Positions 9,819 to 19,769 are shown, counted from the whole stretch's first letter. The stretch: 63,922 nucleotides of DNA, filler included, from Nanobdellota archaeon (GCA_051819665.1; 3 parts of 3 records of this genome joined end to end with filler, not necessarily neighbours in it), one strand, 5' to 3'. Notes: a model not told the origin generated them from the letters alone. A program made the numbers and translations.

Positions 9819-10122
9819 GAAGCCCTTTCTTAAGGAGCTTCATCTCCTCTGCCTGATCCTTTATCACTTCCTTGAGGAGTTTTATCTCTTTCAACTGCCT
9901 CTTTGTGGTATCAACACCCATACTGAGGAATATGAACATCACAAGGAGCATCAACCATGTGAACACTGATATGAGCATGAGCCAGTTCATACCGCCGTCC
10001 CGTTCGAAAAGGTGATTTATCACATTAAAACCAAAATAAGTCAAAACTATCCCGACAAAAAGGATAATTATCTCAAAAACACTCAACCCTTTCTCATAAG
10101 AATTTTCCTGATCTTCTACCAT
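9799..10122 (-). CDS. Hypothetical 2-TM membrane protein with C-terminal coiled coil
   Basis: ORF with two hydrophobic helices and a K/E-rich tail. Confidence 0.7.
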   Translation of the reverse strand: MVEDQENSYEKGLSVFEIIILFVGIVLTYFGFNVINHLFERDGGMNWLMLISVFTWLMLLVMFIFLSMGVDTTKRQLKEIKLLKEVIKDQAEEMKLLKKGLLKNKKK

Positions 10123-10154
10123 ATGGACAATCTTAAATCAAATATTATTTAAAT

Positions 10155-10709
10155 TTATCTGAAACCGAGTTCAACCTCATAATCCGGCACAGATTCACTT
10201 ATCTTCTCGTTCCTGGTAAAGAAATACACGTTATAATCCGCACCTTCAGATACTGAAAGAAGGTTATTGATCCTCTCTATGATCTCATCCTTCCTTGATT
10301 TATAATTCTCATCGAGAACAATGTCTATCTCGAGACTATCGGCCTCCTTCACTATAAAGAAATTATCATATTTGCCTTCATTAATAGAAAAATTCCATTT
10401 CTCTACGGATTCTTCCCTGAATGCTCTCCTGAATTCAACACCCAGCTTCCTGTTCTTCTTCTTGATCAATTCATTCAGCTGCCCGAGAGTTATATCCTTC
10501 TCACTCTTGAGATTCTTTATCATCTTCTCGGCTTCTTCCCTCGTCTGTGCAGAATACTCTTCAGTATAATTCCTCCTGTCACTTGTATAGAATCCTCTGT
10601 AAACTATCCATCTATCTCCTTCATACCTCGCTTCAAGCCTCACAGAAATATCCTGTTTGTTCTTCTCGAAGCAGATTGCATCTTCCGAGTTGGATATCTT
10701 GTTCCACAT
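10155..10709 (-). CDS. Hypothetical protein
   Basis: Open frame with typical composition; likely start MWNKIS. Confidence 0.65.
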   Translation of the reverse strand: MWNKISNSEDAICFEKNKQDISVRLEARYEGDRWIVYRGFYTSDRRNYTEEYSAQTREEAEKMIKNLKSEKDITLGQLNELIKKKNRKLGVEFRRAFREESVEKWNFSINEGKYDNFFIVKEADSLEIDIVLDENYKSRKDEIIERINNLLSVSEGADYNVYFFTRNEKISESVPDYEVELGFR

Positions 10710-10738
10710 ACAAGGTAGTCGAGAATACAAAGAGATAT

Positions 10739-11236
10739 TTAAATATTATGAAAATAACCAACAATAAAAACCACATCTTTACCCTGATCATACCTCACAG
10801 CATCGGGAAAGATTTCCCTGACAACCCCTTCTATATTACCAGCATCCTTCACTGATTTAAGATAAGTCAATATAAATCTTCTTCCCATCCTTCTCATCTC
10901 ACTTAGCCCCTGTCGGAGATCGGAAAAATTCTGTAAAGCCGTAAGGGAGATGATTATATCAAAATCCCCATCACCGAAAGGCAAGCTCTCAGCGGAGGCT
11001 TTCCTGCATTTACACGGATTCTTAGCAAGAAGGCCCTCTGACGGATCCACACCGAAAGTATCTGCACCGAACCTATCCTCAATATACTTCTGTGCTATCC
11101 CTGTTCCGCACCCGACATCAAGAACTTTTTCCCCTATTCCAATCGAGACCTTAGAGAATATGAAATCAAGCTTCCTCTTCTGCTCATCACCATGAAGTTC
11201 ATCATAACCCGAAGCAATAGCATCATAAAAACCCAT
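10739..11236 (-). CDS. Class I SAM-dependent methyltransferase (UbiE-like)
   Basis: VLDVGCGTG, GVDPS and AESLPFGDGDFD; start MGFYD. Confidence 0.88.
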   Translation of the reverse strand: MGFYDAIASGYDELHGDEQKRKLDFIFSKVSIGIGEKVLDVGCGTGIAQKYIEDRFGADTFGVDPSEGLLAKNPCKCRKASAESLPFGDGDFDIIISLTALQNFSDLRQGLSEMRRMGRRFILTYLKSVKDAGNIEGVVREIFPDAVRYDQGKDVVFIVGYFHNI

Positions 11237-11309
11237 ATGAGGAAGATATTCATCAATATTTTTAAACCTAACCCAAATTTTATATAATAACCACACTTAC
11301 AGGGATAAA

Positions 11310-12041
11310 ATGAAAGAGGAATGCAAAAGGACTCTGAAAGAACTCACCGGAAAGAAGAACATATACTTTATGAGGAGAGGGAATTCTGCTATAAAGAAAG
11401 CACTGAAATACGCGAGGGAGAGATACAACCTCCTATACATGCAGGACCAGGGAGGATGGATAACATATCCTCAGATTGCGAAAAAGCTCAAATTTGAACT
11501 GAAAGAGATAAGGACCGAATACGGATACATCGACAACCTCAACGCTGAGGGAGTTGCACTTATTAATTCCATGGCAGGGTATCACTCGCTCATACCGATG
11601 GAAAACATCACAGCTAACCTTCTCATCAATGATGTTTCAGGCTCTATAGGAACGGAAAAGGCAAAGTACGGAGACATAATCATCGGAAGCTTTGGGAGAT
11701 GGAAACCCATTAACATAGGGAAAGGGGGTTTCATAGCGACAGACCTGGAAGCCTTTGAGGAGGACTACGAGGAAGATTACTTCCCTGAACTCCATGAAAA
11801 GCTCAAAAACCTTGATGAGAGGCTTGAATATTTCAGGAAAAAGAAAGAAAAGGTGATGAAGGACCTGAAAGGCCACGAGCTTATAAACAGGAACGGGATA
11901 AATGTCATAGTCAAATTCAGTGATGAAGAGGAGAGGAAAAGATTAATAAACTACTGCAAGAACGAAGGTCTTGAGTATACAGAATGCCCAAGATACATAA
12001 GAGCTGATTGTAAAGGAATATCTGTCGAGATAAAAAGGTGA
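11310..12041 (+). CDS. Reduced DegT/DnrJ-like PLP-fold protein
   Basis: GDIIIGSFGRWKPINIGKGGFIAT resembles the DegT Schiff-base Lys region. Confidence 0.55.
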   Translation: MKEECKRTLKELTGKKNIYFMRRGNSAIKKALKYARERYNLLYMQDQGGWITYPQIAKKLKFELKEIRTEYGYIDNLNAEGVALINSMAGYHSLIPMENITANLLINDVSGSIGTEKAKYGDIIIGSFGRWKPINIGKGGFIATDLEAFEEDYEEDYFPELHEKLKNLDERLEYFRKKKEKVMKDLKGHELINRNGINVIVKFSDEEERKRLINYCKNEGLEYTECPRYIRADCKGISVEIKR

Positions 12042-12042
12042 T

Positions 12043-12438
12043 ATGATGAAGGAACCAGAATCAATGGATGAACTTGTATATTTCACGAACAGATTCATTG
12101 GAGAAGGATTTGCGAAAGCATGGGTCTACAGGAAAGAATGCCCCGAATGCGGAAAGGCATTGATGGGAAAACCGGTAGATCCCAAGACAGGTGATGTGAA
12201 GATAAGGGCCAAGGAATACAAATGCCCTGAATGCGGATATACAGTAGAGAAGAAAGAATACGAGGAAAGCCTTGACTGTGACATAAAGTACAAATGCCCT
12301 TTCTGCAACCATGAAGGCGAGAAGACTGTACCTTACAAAAGAAAGACCTACAAAGGTGTCAAGGCAATCGTCTTCAACTGCGATGAATGTAACGAGAAAA
12401 TCGCCCTCACGAAGAAGATGAAACCACCGAAAAAATAA
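12043..12438 (+). CDS. Zinc-ribbon protein (four CxxC)
   Basis: CPEC, CPEC, CPFC and CDEC. Confidence 0.75.
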   Translation: MMKEPESMDELVYFTNRFIGEGFAKAWVYRKECPECGKALMGKPVDPKTGDVKIRAKEYKCPECGYTVEKKEYEESLDCDIKYKCPFCNHEGEKTVPYKRKTYKGVKAIVFNCDECNEKIALTKKMKPPKK

Positions 12439-12570
12439 CCTTCTTTCACTATTCTTGATTTTTCTTTGATTAATCCTCATACTATTTTAGGACAATCCAT
12501 ATGTTCAAAGAGAGGATTCTTCCATAATATTTAAATACTCTTAAATTAACGCATGTTAAGGGTGATACAT

Positions 12571-12762
12571 ATGAATTCCATGGATTATATCACAATGATA
12601 CTTGTGATAATAGGCGGACTTAACTGGGGCCTTGTAGGCGTCTTCAATTTTGACCTTGTACAGGCAGTCCTGGGCTCTGTACCTGTAGTAGCAAACATAG
12701 TATATACGCTTGTAGGAATCTCTGCTGTATATATGATATACTACCTGGCAAGGGAAGAGTAG
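12571..12762 (+). CDS. DUF378 family membrane protein
   Basis: LVIIGGLNWGLVGVFNFDLV...YTLVGISA. Confidence 0.85.
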   Translation: MNSMDYITMILVIIGGLNWGLVGVFNFDLVQAVLGSVPVVANIVYTLVGISAVYMIYYLAREE

Positions 12763-12810
12763 GAGAGCTAAACGAAACATTTTAAAAAAGACAGCCCATA
12801 CCAACTACTC

Positions 12811-13075
12811 GGACTAGGCCGGGGAGCTAGCCCCTCCCTCTACTGCAACCGGGCGATATGGCAGGGCCGAAGCCCGATAGGCGGTTTTCGGGATTGGACG
12901 CAGTCCTGTTTCGGACGTTGACGCTCTGTCCTGTATGACCGTTTCCCCGGGGAACCGAGTCAGGCCAGGAATGGAGCAGCTCTAACCCGGAGAAGTGGTG
13001 TTTACAGGGTAGCGGGGCCGAGGAAGAAGCAGGGTCGCTGTGGCTGATTCCGGCTATCCACTATCGGGCGTGTCC
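12811..13075 (+). ncRNA. ffs: SRP RNA (7S)
   Basis: Helix 8 motif CAGGCCAGGAATGGAGCAG; terminal GGAC/GTCC and GCCCGATAG/CTATCGGGC pairings; TTTAAAAA at 12781; T-tract after the 3' end. Confidence 0.93.
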
Positions 13076-13129
13076 TCCTTTTTTCTGTACAGACCTGATG
13101 CAAGGATCAAGGATTGATATAAAAGTAGA

Positions 13130-13903
13130 TCAATAAACATATAACCAATGCCTGCTCGGCCTTATCTCGACCATATCCCCCTTATATAGCTTGTACTCCG
13201 GCTGGAGAGAATCCGCAACTATGATCCCTCTGTCCATCTCTGATCTTATCCTGAGTTTCTGTCTTGAAGAGAAGATTTTATTATAAGTAGTGCATGAGGT
13301 AAGACTGCTGCAGTACAGCTCCCTCACTATCATCTGATAATCCCCTGAATCGAGGGACATCTTCTTTCCCCCTGCCGAGGCTGTCCAGCCATGGCTGCCG
13401 GCTGGCGTCGATATGAGAAGACCCGAACTTTTCTGGAATTCCTTCCTGCCTTCGATCCTGAGCTCATACCTGGCTGTATGATAAGCCTTCTGATAACCTA
13501 TATAGAATTCATTAAGCGCTAACCTTGGAAGTTCCCTGCCATTGACCAGGGCTTTGAGCCTCCGGAGCTTCACCGGCTTCGCTTTCCCTGAAAGAATCTT
13601 CAGGAAGAAATCCTCAAAACCTTCCTTATCCGTACTCAGGAGGAACCCTTCTTTATTCTCCGGATCCATGTTCACCCCTAAAACGGGTGTAGTGTCCTTT
13701 ATCCGGCTGGCAGCACCCAAAAAAGTACCATCACCGCCGAGAGTTATTACAATCGAAGATTCACCAATATCCTCAGGACTCACATATTCCCTCCTCTTAG
13801 CCCTGAAGGAGACAGAATTCTCTTTCAACACTCTCTTCACCTTCTCGAAAGAGTCCTTATGAGCCTTTTTCTTAAGCTTCATATACACTAAGAGGGCTTT
13901 CAT
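13130..13903 (-). CDS. nadK: NAD kinase
   Basis: GGDGTFL, LALNE and STPAGS motifs. Confidence 0.92.
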   Translation of the reverse strand: MKALLVYMKLKKKAHKDSFEKVKRVLKENSVSFRAKRREYVSPEDIGESSIVITLGGDGTFLGAASRIKDTTPVLGVNMDPENKEGFLLSTDKEGFEDFFLKILSGKAKPVKLRRLKALVNGRELPRLALNEFYIGYQKAYHTARYELRIEGRKEFQKSSGLLISTPAGSHGWTASAGGKKMSLDSGDYQMIVRELYCSSLTSCTTYNKIFSSRQKLRIRSEMDRGIIVADSLQPEYKLYKGDMVEIRPSRHWLYVY

Positions 13904-13935
13904 AAAGAAAAAAATGATCAGAGAGTATTTAAAAC

Positions 13936-16560
13936 TTACTCAAGGACGATAGCAGGCTTGAGTGGAGAGGCCTGTTTCGCTTTAGGATCATCCGAGTCCT
14001 CTGCCTTCACAACCTCGACATCACAATCAAACTCCCCCTCGAGAAAATCCTTGTATTCCTTATACCCTTCAATCTCCTTCTCCTGACCAAGAAGCATCTT
14101 TGGAAGCTTTGAATCATCCTTCACGAGCTTAGGGACCATCTTGCTTATCTCCTTGCCATGCTTCTTTAACCCCTCATCGGCCATTATGTTTTTCATGACC
14201 TGGCCCGGATTCCTTGATTCCCTGATCTCCTCCTTAAGCTTAGAGAAGAAAGAGAATTTCCATTCAGGCGAGACAATGACCCTGATCATAGAGGGTTTCT
14301 CTATACCGGCAAGCTGCTTCACCCTCAATATATCCCTCCTCACATTATGAGCGGCCTCTTCAATCATCTCGGCTTCCTCATCGATCTTCGACTCATCCGA
14401 TTCAGGCCACTCTGCAAGTGAAAGGTAAGGCTCATTACCTATCTTCTCCCACAGCTCTTCAGTAAGATGTGGGCAGAACGGATGCAGGAGTTTGAGGAAC
14501 TTCTCTAGCTCCTCTTTATTGATCTCTTCCTCAAAGGAATCAAAAAGCTCCCTTATGCTTATTGTTGCTATATTATACCTGAAAGCCTTTATATCCTCTG
14601 TCACTGACTTAATAGCTTTATTGACCTTGCTCTCGACCTTATCGCTGGACTCTCCGAATTTGACAGTGTCAATATAACTGATCACTTTCTTTATGAACCT
14701 AAGGCTTCCCTCTATGCCCTTCTCACTCCACTGCATATCCTTATCAGGAGAAGCGAGCGAGGTAAGGAAGAATCTTGCGGTGTCTATACCGTAATTCTCG
14801 GAGACCGTTTCAGGAAGAACTACATTGCCCCTTGACTTAGACATCACATGACCGTCAGGGCCGTGAAGCATCCCCTGATTGAAGAGCTTCCTGAAAGGCT
14901 CATCATAATCCACATAACCCATATCACGAAGAGCTTTCGTGAAGAACCTCGCATAGATGAGGTGCATACAAGCATGCTCTGCACCACCTATATACTGATC
15001 AACAGGCATGAAATAATCAGCCTTTTCCTTATCGAAAGGCTTCTCTTCATTCTTATTATCCGTATACCTCAGGAAATACCAGCTACTGTCGAAGAAAGTG
15101 TCCATAGTATCAGTCTCTCTCTTCGCATCACCGCCGCATTCAGGACACTTCACATTCACAAAATCATCGCTGGTCTCAAGAGGATTGCCCTGACCGAACT
15201 TGACATCATCCGGAAGCCTCACTGGAATTTCAGCAGGGACAGCACCGCATTTATCACAATGGATAATAGGGATAGGTGTCCCCCAATACCTCTGTCTCGA
15301 GACGAGCCAGTCCTTGAGCTTATAATTGACTTCCCTCTTCCCTCTACCTTTCTTCTCTGCAAAGTCAGCTATCTTATTTATAGCTTCAGAGCTCTTCATA
15401 CCATTGAACTCACCGGAATTGATCATGACCCCTTCTTCAGTATAAGCCTGATCCAGCCTATGTTCCTTTCTGTCCTCTGAGATGACCTGCTTCACAGGAA
15501 GATCGTACTTAGAGGCGAAATCAAAATCACGCTGATCATGCGCTGGCACCGCCATCACAGCACCCGTGCCGTATTCAGGCAGGACATAATCCGCCACCCA
15601 GACAGGAAGCTTCTCACCTGTGAATGAATTCCTGAAATAAACGCCGAGAGGCATTCCCTTCTTTTCTTTCTCCTCGGAAGTCCTCTCCATAGTACTGAGT
15701 TTCTTTGTCTCCTTCACAAATTCTGAAGCTTTGTCCTTATCCTTTGCCCATTCGATCACCTTAGGATGCTCGACAGCAAGGACAAGATAAGTTAAGCCAT
15801 AGACCGTATCAGGCCTGGTCGTGAACGTATCTACATTCCCGAGGACATTATCATCCTCATCAACAACCTCAAAGTTGAAAGTTACTCCTTCACTCCTGCC
15901 TATCCAGTTCCTCTGCATAGCCTTTACCCTTTCGGGCCATTCAAGCTCAGGAAGTTTATCAAGCAGTTCCTGTGCATATTCTGTAGTTTTTATGAACCAC
16001 TGTTCAAGCTCTCTCGGCTCGACCTCAGTATCCTCATGCCTCCAGCACCTGCCGTCATGGACCTGTTCATTCGCAAGAACAGTGGAGCATTTCGGACACC
16101 AATTAACAGGGGATTTTTTCCTGTAAACAAGACCTTTCTTGAGAAGTTCCTGGAATATGAACTGGTTCCATTTATAGTACTCCGGTTCGCAGGTGGAGAC
16201 CATCCTCTCCCAGTCATAACTGAGACCTAAAGATTTCTGCTGGCTTATGAAATTGTTTATGGACTTCCTGGTATAATCCCGCGGATGCGTATCATTCTTT
16301 ATCGCTGCATTCTCAGCCGGCAGACCGAAAGAATCATAACCCATAGGATAAAGCACATTAAATCCCATCATCCTTCTTGCACGGGCCTGGATATCACCTA
16401 TAGTATAATTGAAAGAATGACCCATATGAAGGCCAGAACCGCTGGGATATGGGAACATCTCGAGACAATAGAACTTCTCCCTGTCATCCTTCGTTGTCCG
16501 GAAGACCTTGTCATCCTCCCACTTCTTCTGCCATTTCCTTTCGATCTTTTTGAAATCCAT
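13936..16560 (-). CDS. leuS: Leucyl-tRNA synthetase (bacterial-type core, archaeal-type C-terminus)
   Basis: MFPYPSG.LHMGH, TTRPDT, DWLVSRQRYWG, VMSKS; ends ASPLKPAI. Confidence 0.95.
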   Translation of the reverse strand: MDFKKIERKWQKKWEDDKVFRTTKDDREKFYCLEMFPYPSGSGLHMGHSFNYTIGDIQARARRMMGFNVLYPMGYDSFGLPAENAAIKNDTHPRDYTRKSINNFISQQKSLGLSYDWERMVSTCEPEYYKWNQFIFQELLKKGLVYRKKSPVNWCPKCSTVLANEQVHDGRCWRHEDTEVEPRELEQWFIKTTEYAQELLDKLPELEWPERVKAMQRNWIGRSEGVTFNFEVVDEDDNVLGNVDTFTTRPDTVYGLTYLVLAVEHPKVIEWAKDKDKASEFVKETKKLSTMERTSEEKEKKGMPLGVYFRNSFTGEKLPVWVADYVLPEYGTGAVMAVPAHDQRDFDFASKYDLPVKQVISEDRKEHRLDQAYTEEGVMINSGEFNGMKSSEAINKIADFAEKKGRGKREVNYKLKDWLVSRQRYWGTPIPIIHCDKCGAVPAEIPVRLPDDVKFGQGNPLETSDDFVNVKCPECGGDAKRETDTMDTFFDSSWYFLRYTDNKNEEKPFDKEKADYFMPVDQYIGGAEHACMHLIYARFFTKALRDMGYVDYDEPFRKLFNQGMLHGPDGHVMSKSRGNVVLPETVSENYGIDTARFFLTSLASPDKDMQWSEKGIEGSLRFIKKVISYIDTVKFGESSDKVESKVNKAIKSVTEDIKAFRYNIATISIRELFDSFEEEINKEELEKFLKLLHPFCPHLTEELWEKIGNEPYLSLAEWPESDESKIDEEAEMIEEAAHNVRRDILRVKQLAGIEKPSMIRVIVSPEWKFSFFSKLKEEIRESRNPGQVMKNIMADEGLKKHGKEISKMVPKLVKDDSKLPKMLLGQEKEIEGYKEYKDFLEGEFDCDVEVVKAEDSDDPKAKQASPLKPAIVLE

Positions 16561-16677
16561 AATATAGTGTGAGAACATATTTTATTAATAAATTTACCTA
16601 CATACAGCCTTCCAAGACCGGATAAAGAACAACAGACAACAGCAAAATTTAAAAACTGATGAAAGTAGAGGTACTTT

Positions 16678-17520
16678 ATGGCCAGTACAGCATACATCTA
16701 CATCTTCCTCTTCATAATCACCCTGAGCATAATATTCGGCCAGGTGATAACCCATACAGAAGTAATGAAGAGCAAAAGTATCTCGGTCAGGGAAGCGGCC
16801 GAAACAAGGTTCAGGAAACTCCATACTGATTCAGAGCTTGAAAATATTCATCCTGATTCTTCCGGGACTGACTTCATCTTCAGGAACACCGGAAGCGTGA
16901 AACTCAAAAAAGAGGATATTAACATATTCCTGGACGGCTCTCCTGTTGAAACTGAGAAGAACATCATCACCAATTTCATAAACCCCGAACACTGGGATAT
17001 GGAGGAAAAGATCAATGTCTCCACCAGTGAGACATTCAATGGAGACACAAATAATACAATCACGATCACTGCATCCTACGGACACAGCAAGACCTATACT
17101 TTCAACACCACCGTGATAAATCCCAAGCTAGTCAAGGCAGAGAAGAGCTCAGTGCCTGTAACTGAAGTGACTTCTAAAGTGGAAGAGAGCGATAATAATT
17201 CCGCCTCACTGAGCATACCTTCCGGAACAACACAGCATATAAACTACACCTTTGATGTTCCTGAAGGGACAATACACTCCTCAGAGACTACCTTGGAACA
17301 CAACATGACCACCTCTCTGGAGAGGAAGGAACTGCAATACTATGAAGACGGATGGACAACCATAAACGAACTAAGTTATTTCAGCGAGGATAATACAGAA
17401 AAATTCGATAAAGCCTCAGAATATATGAGAACAGTCTACAACTCCTCCTCAGACGAGAAAGCTTATGTAGATATGATAAGAATAAAAATGAATATAAGCA
17501 GCTGGTCTAAACTTTCTTGA
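16678..17520 (+). CDS. FlaF/FlaG (ArlF/G)-like surface protein with C-terminal extension
   Basis: N-terminal TM helix, then RNTGSVKL..INIFLDG, NPEHWD..E and ITITASYG. Confidence 0.55.
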   Translation: MASTAYIYIFLFIITLSIIFGQVITHTEVMKSKSISVREAAETRFRKLHTDSELENIHPDSSGTDFIFRNTGSVKLKKEDINIFLDGSPVETEKNIITNFINPEHWDMEEKINVSTSETFNGDTNNTITITASYGHSKTYTFNTTVINPKLVKAEKSSVPVTEVTSKVEESDNNSASLSIPSGTTQHINYTFDVPEGTIHSSETTLEHNMTTSLERKELQYYEDGWTTINELSYFSEDNTEKFDKASEYMRTVYNSSSDEKAYVDMIRIKMNISSWSKLS

Positions 17521-17704
17521 ACCTTGCTGCGGTATCCACAAGGTCAACATGACCAAGTATCGAAGACCTGCAACAGTATCTCTCAAGGCCGAGATCGTCC
17601 ATCACTTTCTTCCTTTCCTCTCCATTCTCGACCCTTTCCTTATAGGTCTCCCAAAGATGACCAATGGGTTTTCCACAGCTCCAGCATCTTATATTGATAA
17701 TCAT
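17507..17704 (-). CDS. rpoN: RNA polymerase subunit N (Rpo10)
   Basis: IRCWSCGK...LGLERYCCR. Confidence 0.95.
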   Translation of the reverse strand: MIINIRCWSCGKPIGHLWETYKERVENGEERKKVMDDLGLERYCCRSSILGHVDLVDTAARFKKV

Positions 17705-17708
17705 ATTT

Positions 17709-18107
17709 TCACCTGTAACTCTTCTGCCTCTTAGCACGTGCCTTGGAGTCGTTCGGCTTGTAAGCCTCTTTCCTCCTCACGTCAGCGACAAGAAGTTGTC
17801 TGTCATAATCAAGAAAATCCTTCTCGATCTTCTCATCACCAGTATGCTGGACTATACCTCTGCCTATAGCAAGTCTGACCGCATCCGCCTGGCTCATATA
17901 TCCGCCGCCATGGACCCTGACATTTATATCCAGTTTGCCGGCCGCGGTATCTGCAAGGAGAACAGGTTCCTTCATCTTCATCATAGCATATTTGGGAGTG
18001 CACTCATCAATCGGTCTTCCATTAACAATCACATTGCCTTCTCCCTGTTTTACTGTAGCCCGTGCTATGGCTCTTTTCCTCTTCCCTGATGTGTTAGTGA
18101 CTTTCAT
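17709..18107 (-). CDS. rps9: 30S ribosomal protein S9
   Basis: SGKRKRAIARA...QKSYR. Confidence 0.96.
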   Translation of the reverse strand: MKVTNTSGKRKRAIARATVKQGEGNVIVNGRPIDECTPKYAMMKMKEPVLLADTAAGKLDINVRVHGGGYMSQADAVRLAIGRGIVQHTGDEKIEKDFLDYDRQLLVADVRRKEAYKPNDSKARAKRQKSYR

Positions 18108-18517
18108 ATTTTTGCCCCCAGTTTCTTGCAGATCTCCTCTATCGAAATGTACTTTGCTACGGGAAGCTTATCCTTGGCGGCACCTTCCATATCAGCTGTC
18201 TTACCCTTCAGGTTCTCAGGCGTACCCCTGTGACACTTGATCCTTTTCAAAGCTTCCTGTCCTCTTGTTTTCCTGAGGGGGAGCATATTCCTTATTGATC
18301 TTTTCAGGAGCATCTCAGGCCTCCGGTGATAATAAGGTCCTTTAGAGGGGATACCCATCTCTCTCTTCCTCTCATACTCGGCCATTATCTTCTTCTTATC
18401 ACCACTGATAAGAGCCTTGCCGCTATTGATTATATCAACCTTCTCGCCATTGAGCGCAGCTTTAGCAGCCTTTGTACCTATCCTTCCCAATAAAAGATTA
18501 GTAGCGTCGATAATCAT
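18104..18517 (-). CDS. rpl13: 50S ribosomal protein L13
   Basis: IIDATNLLLGR and GPYYHRRP. Confidence 0.95.
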   Translation of the reverse strand: MIIDATNLLLGRIGTKAAKAALNGEKVDIINSGKALISGDKKKIMAEYERKREMGIPSKGPYYHRRPEMLLKRSIRNMLPLRKTRGQEALKRIKCHRGTPENLKGKTADMEGAAKDKLPVAKYISIEEICKKLGAKI

Positions 18518-18861
18518 CCTAATATCCTCACATTCTTTCCTTTCGGATTCTTCTGGAGAAGTTCATCCAGACCCATATAACTTGATCCTGACTTATTCAG
18601 CTTCTCCTTTGCCTGATCTGAAATTGAATACGCAACAACATTCACTTTCTTATCCAGAAGTCCCGTACCAAGAACCTTTCCCGGAACGACGACAGTCTCC
18701 TTATCCTTCGCGAACTTGTTTATCTTGAACAGATTGACTATCCTCCTGCTCCTGGTAGGTTTCTCCAGGTCGAGGGCAATCCTTCTCCAGATGCCCACAC
18801 TCTCTTCCGAGGACTTCTTCTTCAATTCCTTGATTAACCCTTCAGTTTGTATGTTTTTCAT
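18514..18861 (-). CDS. rpl18e: 50S ribosomal protein L18e
   Basis: IWRRIA, VNLFKI and VVPGKVLGTG. Confidence 0.95.
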   Translation of the reverse strand: MKNIQTEGLIKELKKKSSEESVGIWRRIALDLEKPTRSRRIVNLFKINKFAKDKETVVVPGKVLGTGLLDKKVNVVAYSISDQAKEKLNKSGSSYMGLDELLQKNPKGKNVRILG

Positions 18862-18888
18862 CTTCTACCCTTCTTGAACGATTTATGA

Positions 18889-18974
18889 TGCGAAGGACGG
18901 GATTTGAACCCGCGCAGCCACTAAGGCCAACGGCCCTCAACCGCAGTCGTTTGACCAGACTCCGACACCCTCGC
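18889..18974 (-). tRNA. tRNA-Leu(GAG)
   Basis: Cloverleaf GCGAGGG...CCTTCGC-A; loop TT-GAG-GG; long variable arm; GGTTCAAATCC. Confidence 0.92.
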
Positions 18975-18977
18975 ATT

Positions 18978-19769
18978 TCATTTGAGCATCTCTGTGAATT
19001 CATCACATTTCTGTTTGAGCTGATTCACTCCTTCAGACATGATCTGTTCACAGGTTAGCTGGCCCCATGACTCAACAGTGAATACGACCTCATCATCACT
19101 GTAATCCAATGTGACTGAATCTTTGGGCTTACACATCCCGACACTTTCCTCAACTAAATTTGACTTTAGTATCATGTCATTATTCACGACGAGATTATTG
19201 TTCTTCATCATGAATACTTCATCCTGCTGATTCTCCACAACTTCCTTTGCGTTCTCCACCTTCTTATTTATAGTTATAAGAGGCTTCTGCCTGTAGTATG
19301 CAAGAGCAGGCGACCATTTGGCATGGTCCTTACCCTTTCCCAGGACAGCAGTTGCGACGACCTCTACCTCCTGACCTGCCAAAAGCTTCACGATCGGCAT
19401 CTCAGGATATACAGGAACCACCGCAGGATCGTTTGATTTAAGATCCGATGCTTTCACTAAAGAAGGACCCTTCGCCTTGAGCGTCAGTTCAACCTTCTGT
19501 TTAGCATTCAGATCGTCCGGCGAATATCCTGCCGGAGGGAGCTCGTAATTACTCAGATCCGTCTTTAATGGTAACAGACCGAGCCTCTGAGCGATCATCT
19601 CATCATACAGCACCGAGCTGTTATCCCTGATCTCAACATCCTCTATCGCCATTACAGGAACATCCTCAATGATGATCCTCCTCAATGTATTCGCATGCGC
19701 CAGATCGATCCCCTTCATCAGGAAAGTCTTCTTCTCGCCTTTGTCTTCGAGGACGCTAATTTCCATCAT
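18978..19769 (-). CDS. rpoD: RNA polymerase subunit D (Rpo3)
   Basis: ANTLRR, NSSVLYDEMIAQRLGLLP and HAKWSP; conserved operon position. Confidence 0.95.
   Translation of the reverse strand: MMEISVLEDKGEKKTFLMKGIDLAHANTLRRIIIEDVPVMAIEDVEIRDNSSVLYDEMIAQRLGLLPLKTDLSNYELPPAGYSPDDLNAKQKVELTLKAKGPSLVKASDLKSNDPAVVPVYPEMPIVKLLAGQEVEVVATAVLGKGKDHAKWSPALAYYRQKPLITINKKVENAKEVVENQQDEVFMMKNNNLVVNNDMILKSNLVEESVGMCKPKDSVTLDYSDDEVVFTVESWGQLTCEQIMSEGVNQLKQKCDEFTEMLK

Noticed and set aside
12896..12906. GGAC-GCA-GTCC as SRP helix 6
   Set aside because: These bases pair better in the long-range helix 5 and lie at the wrong position.
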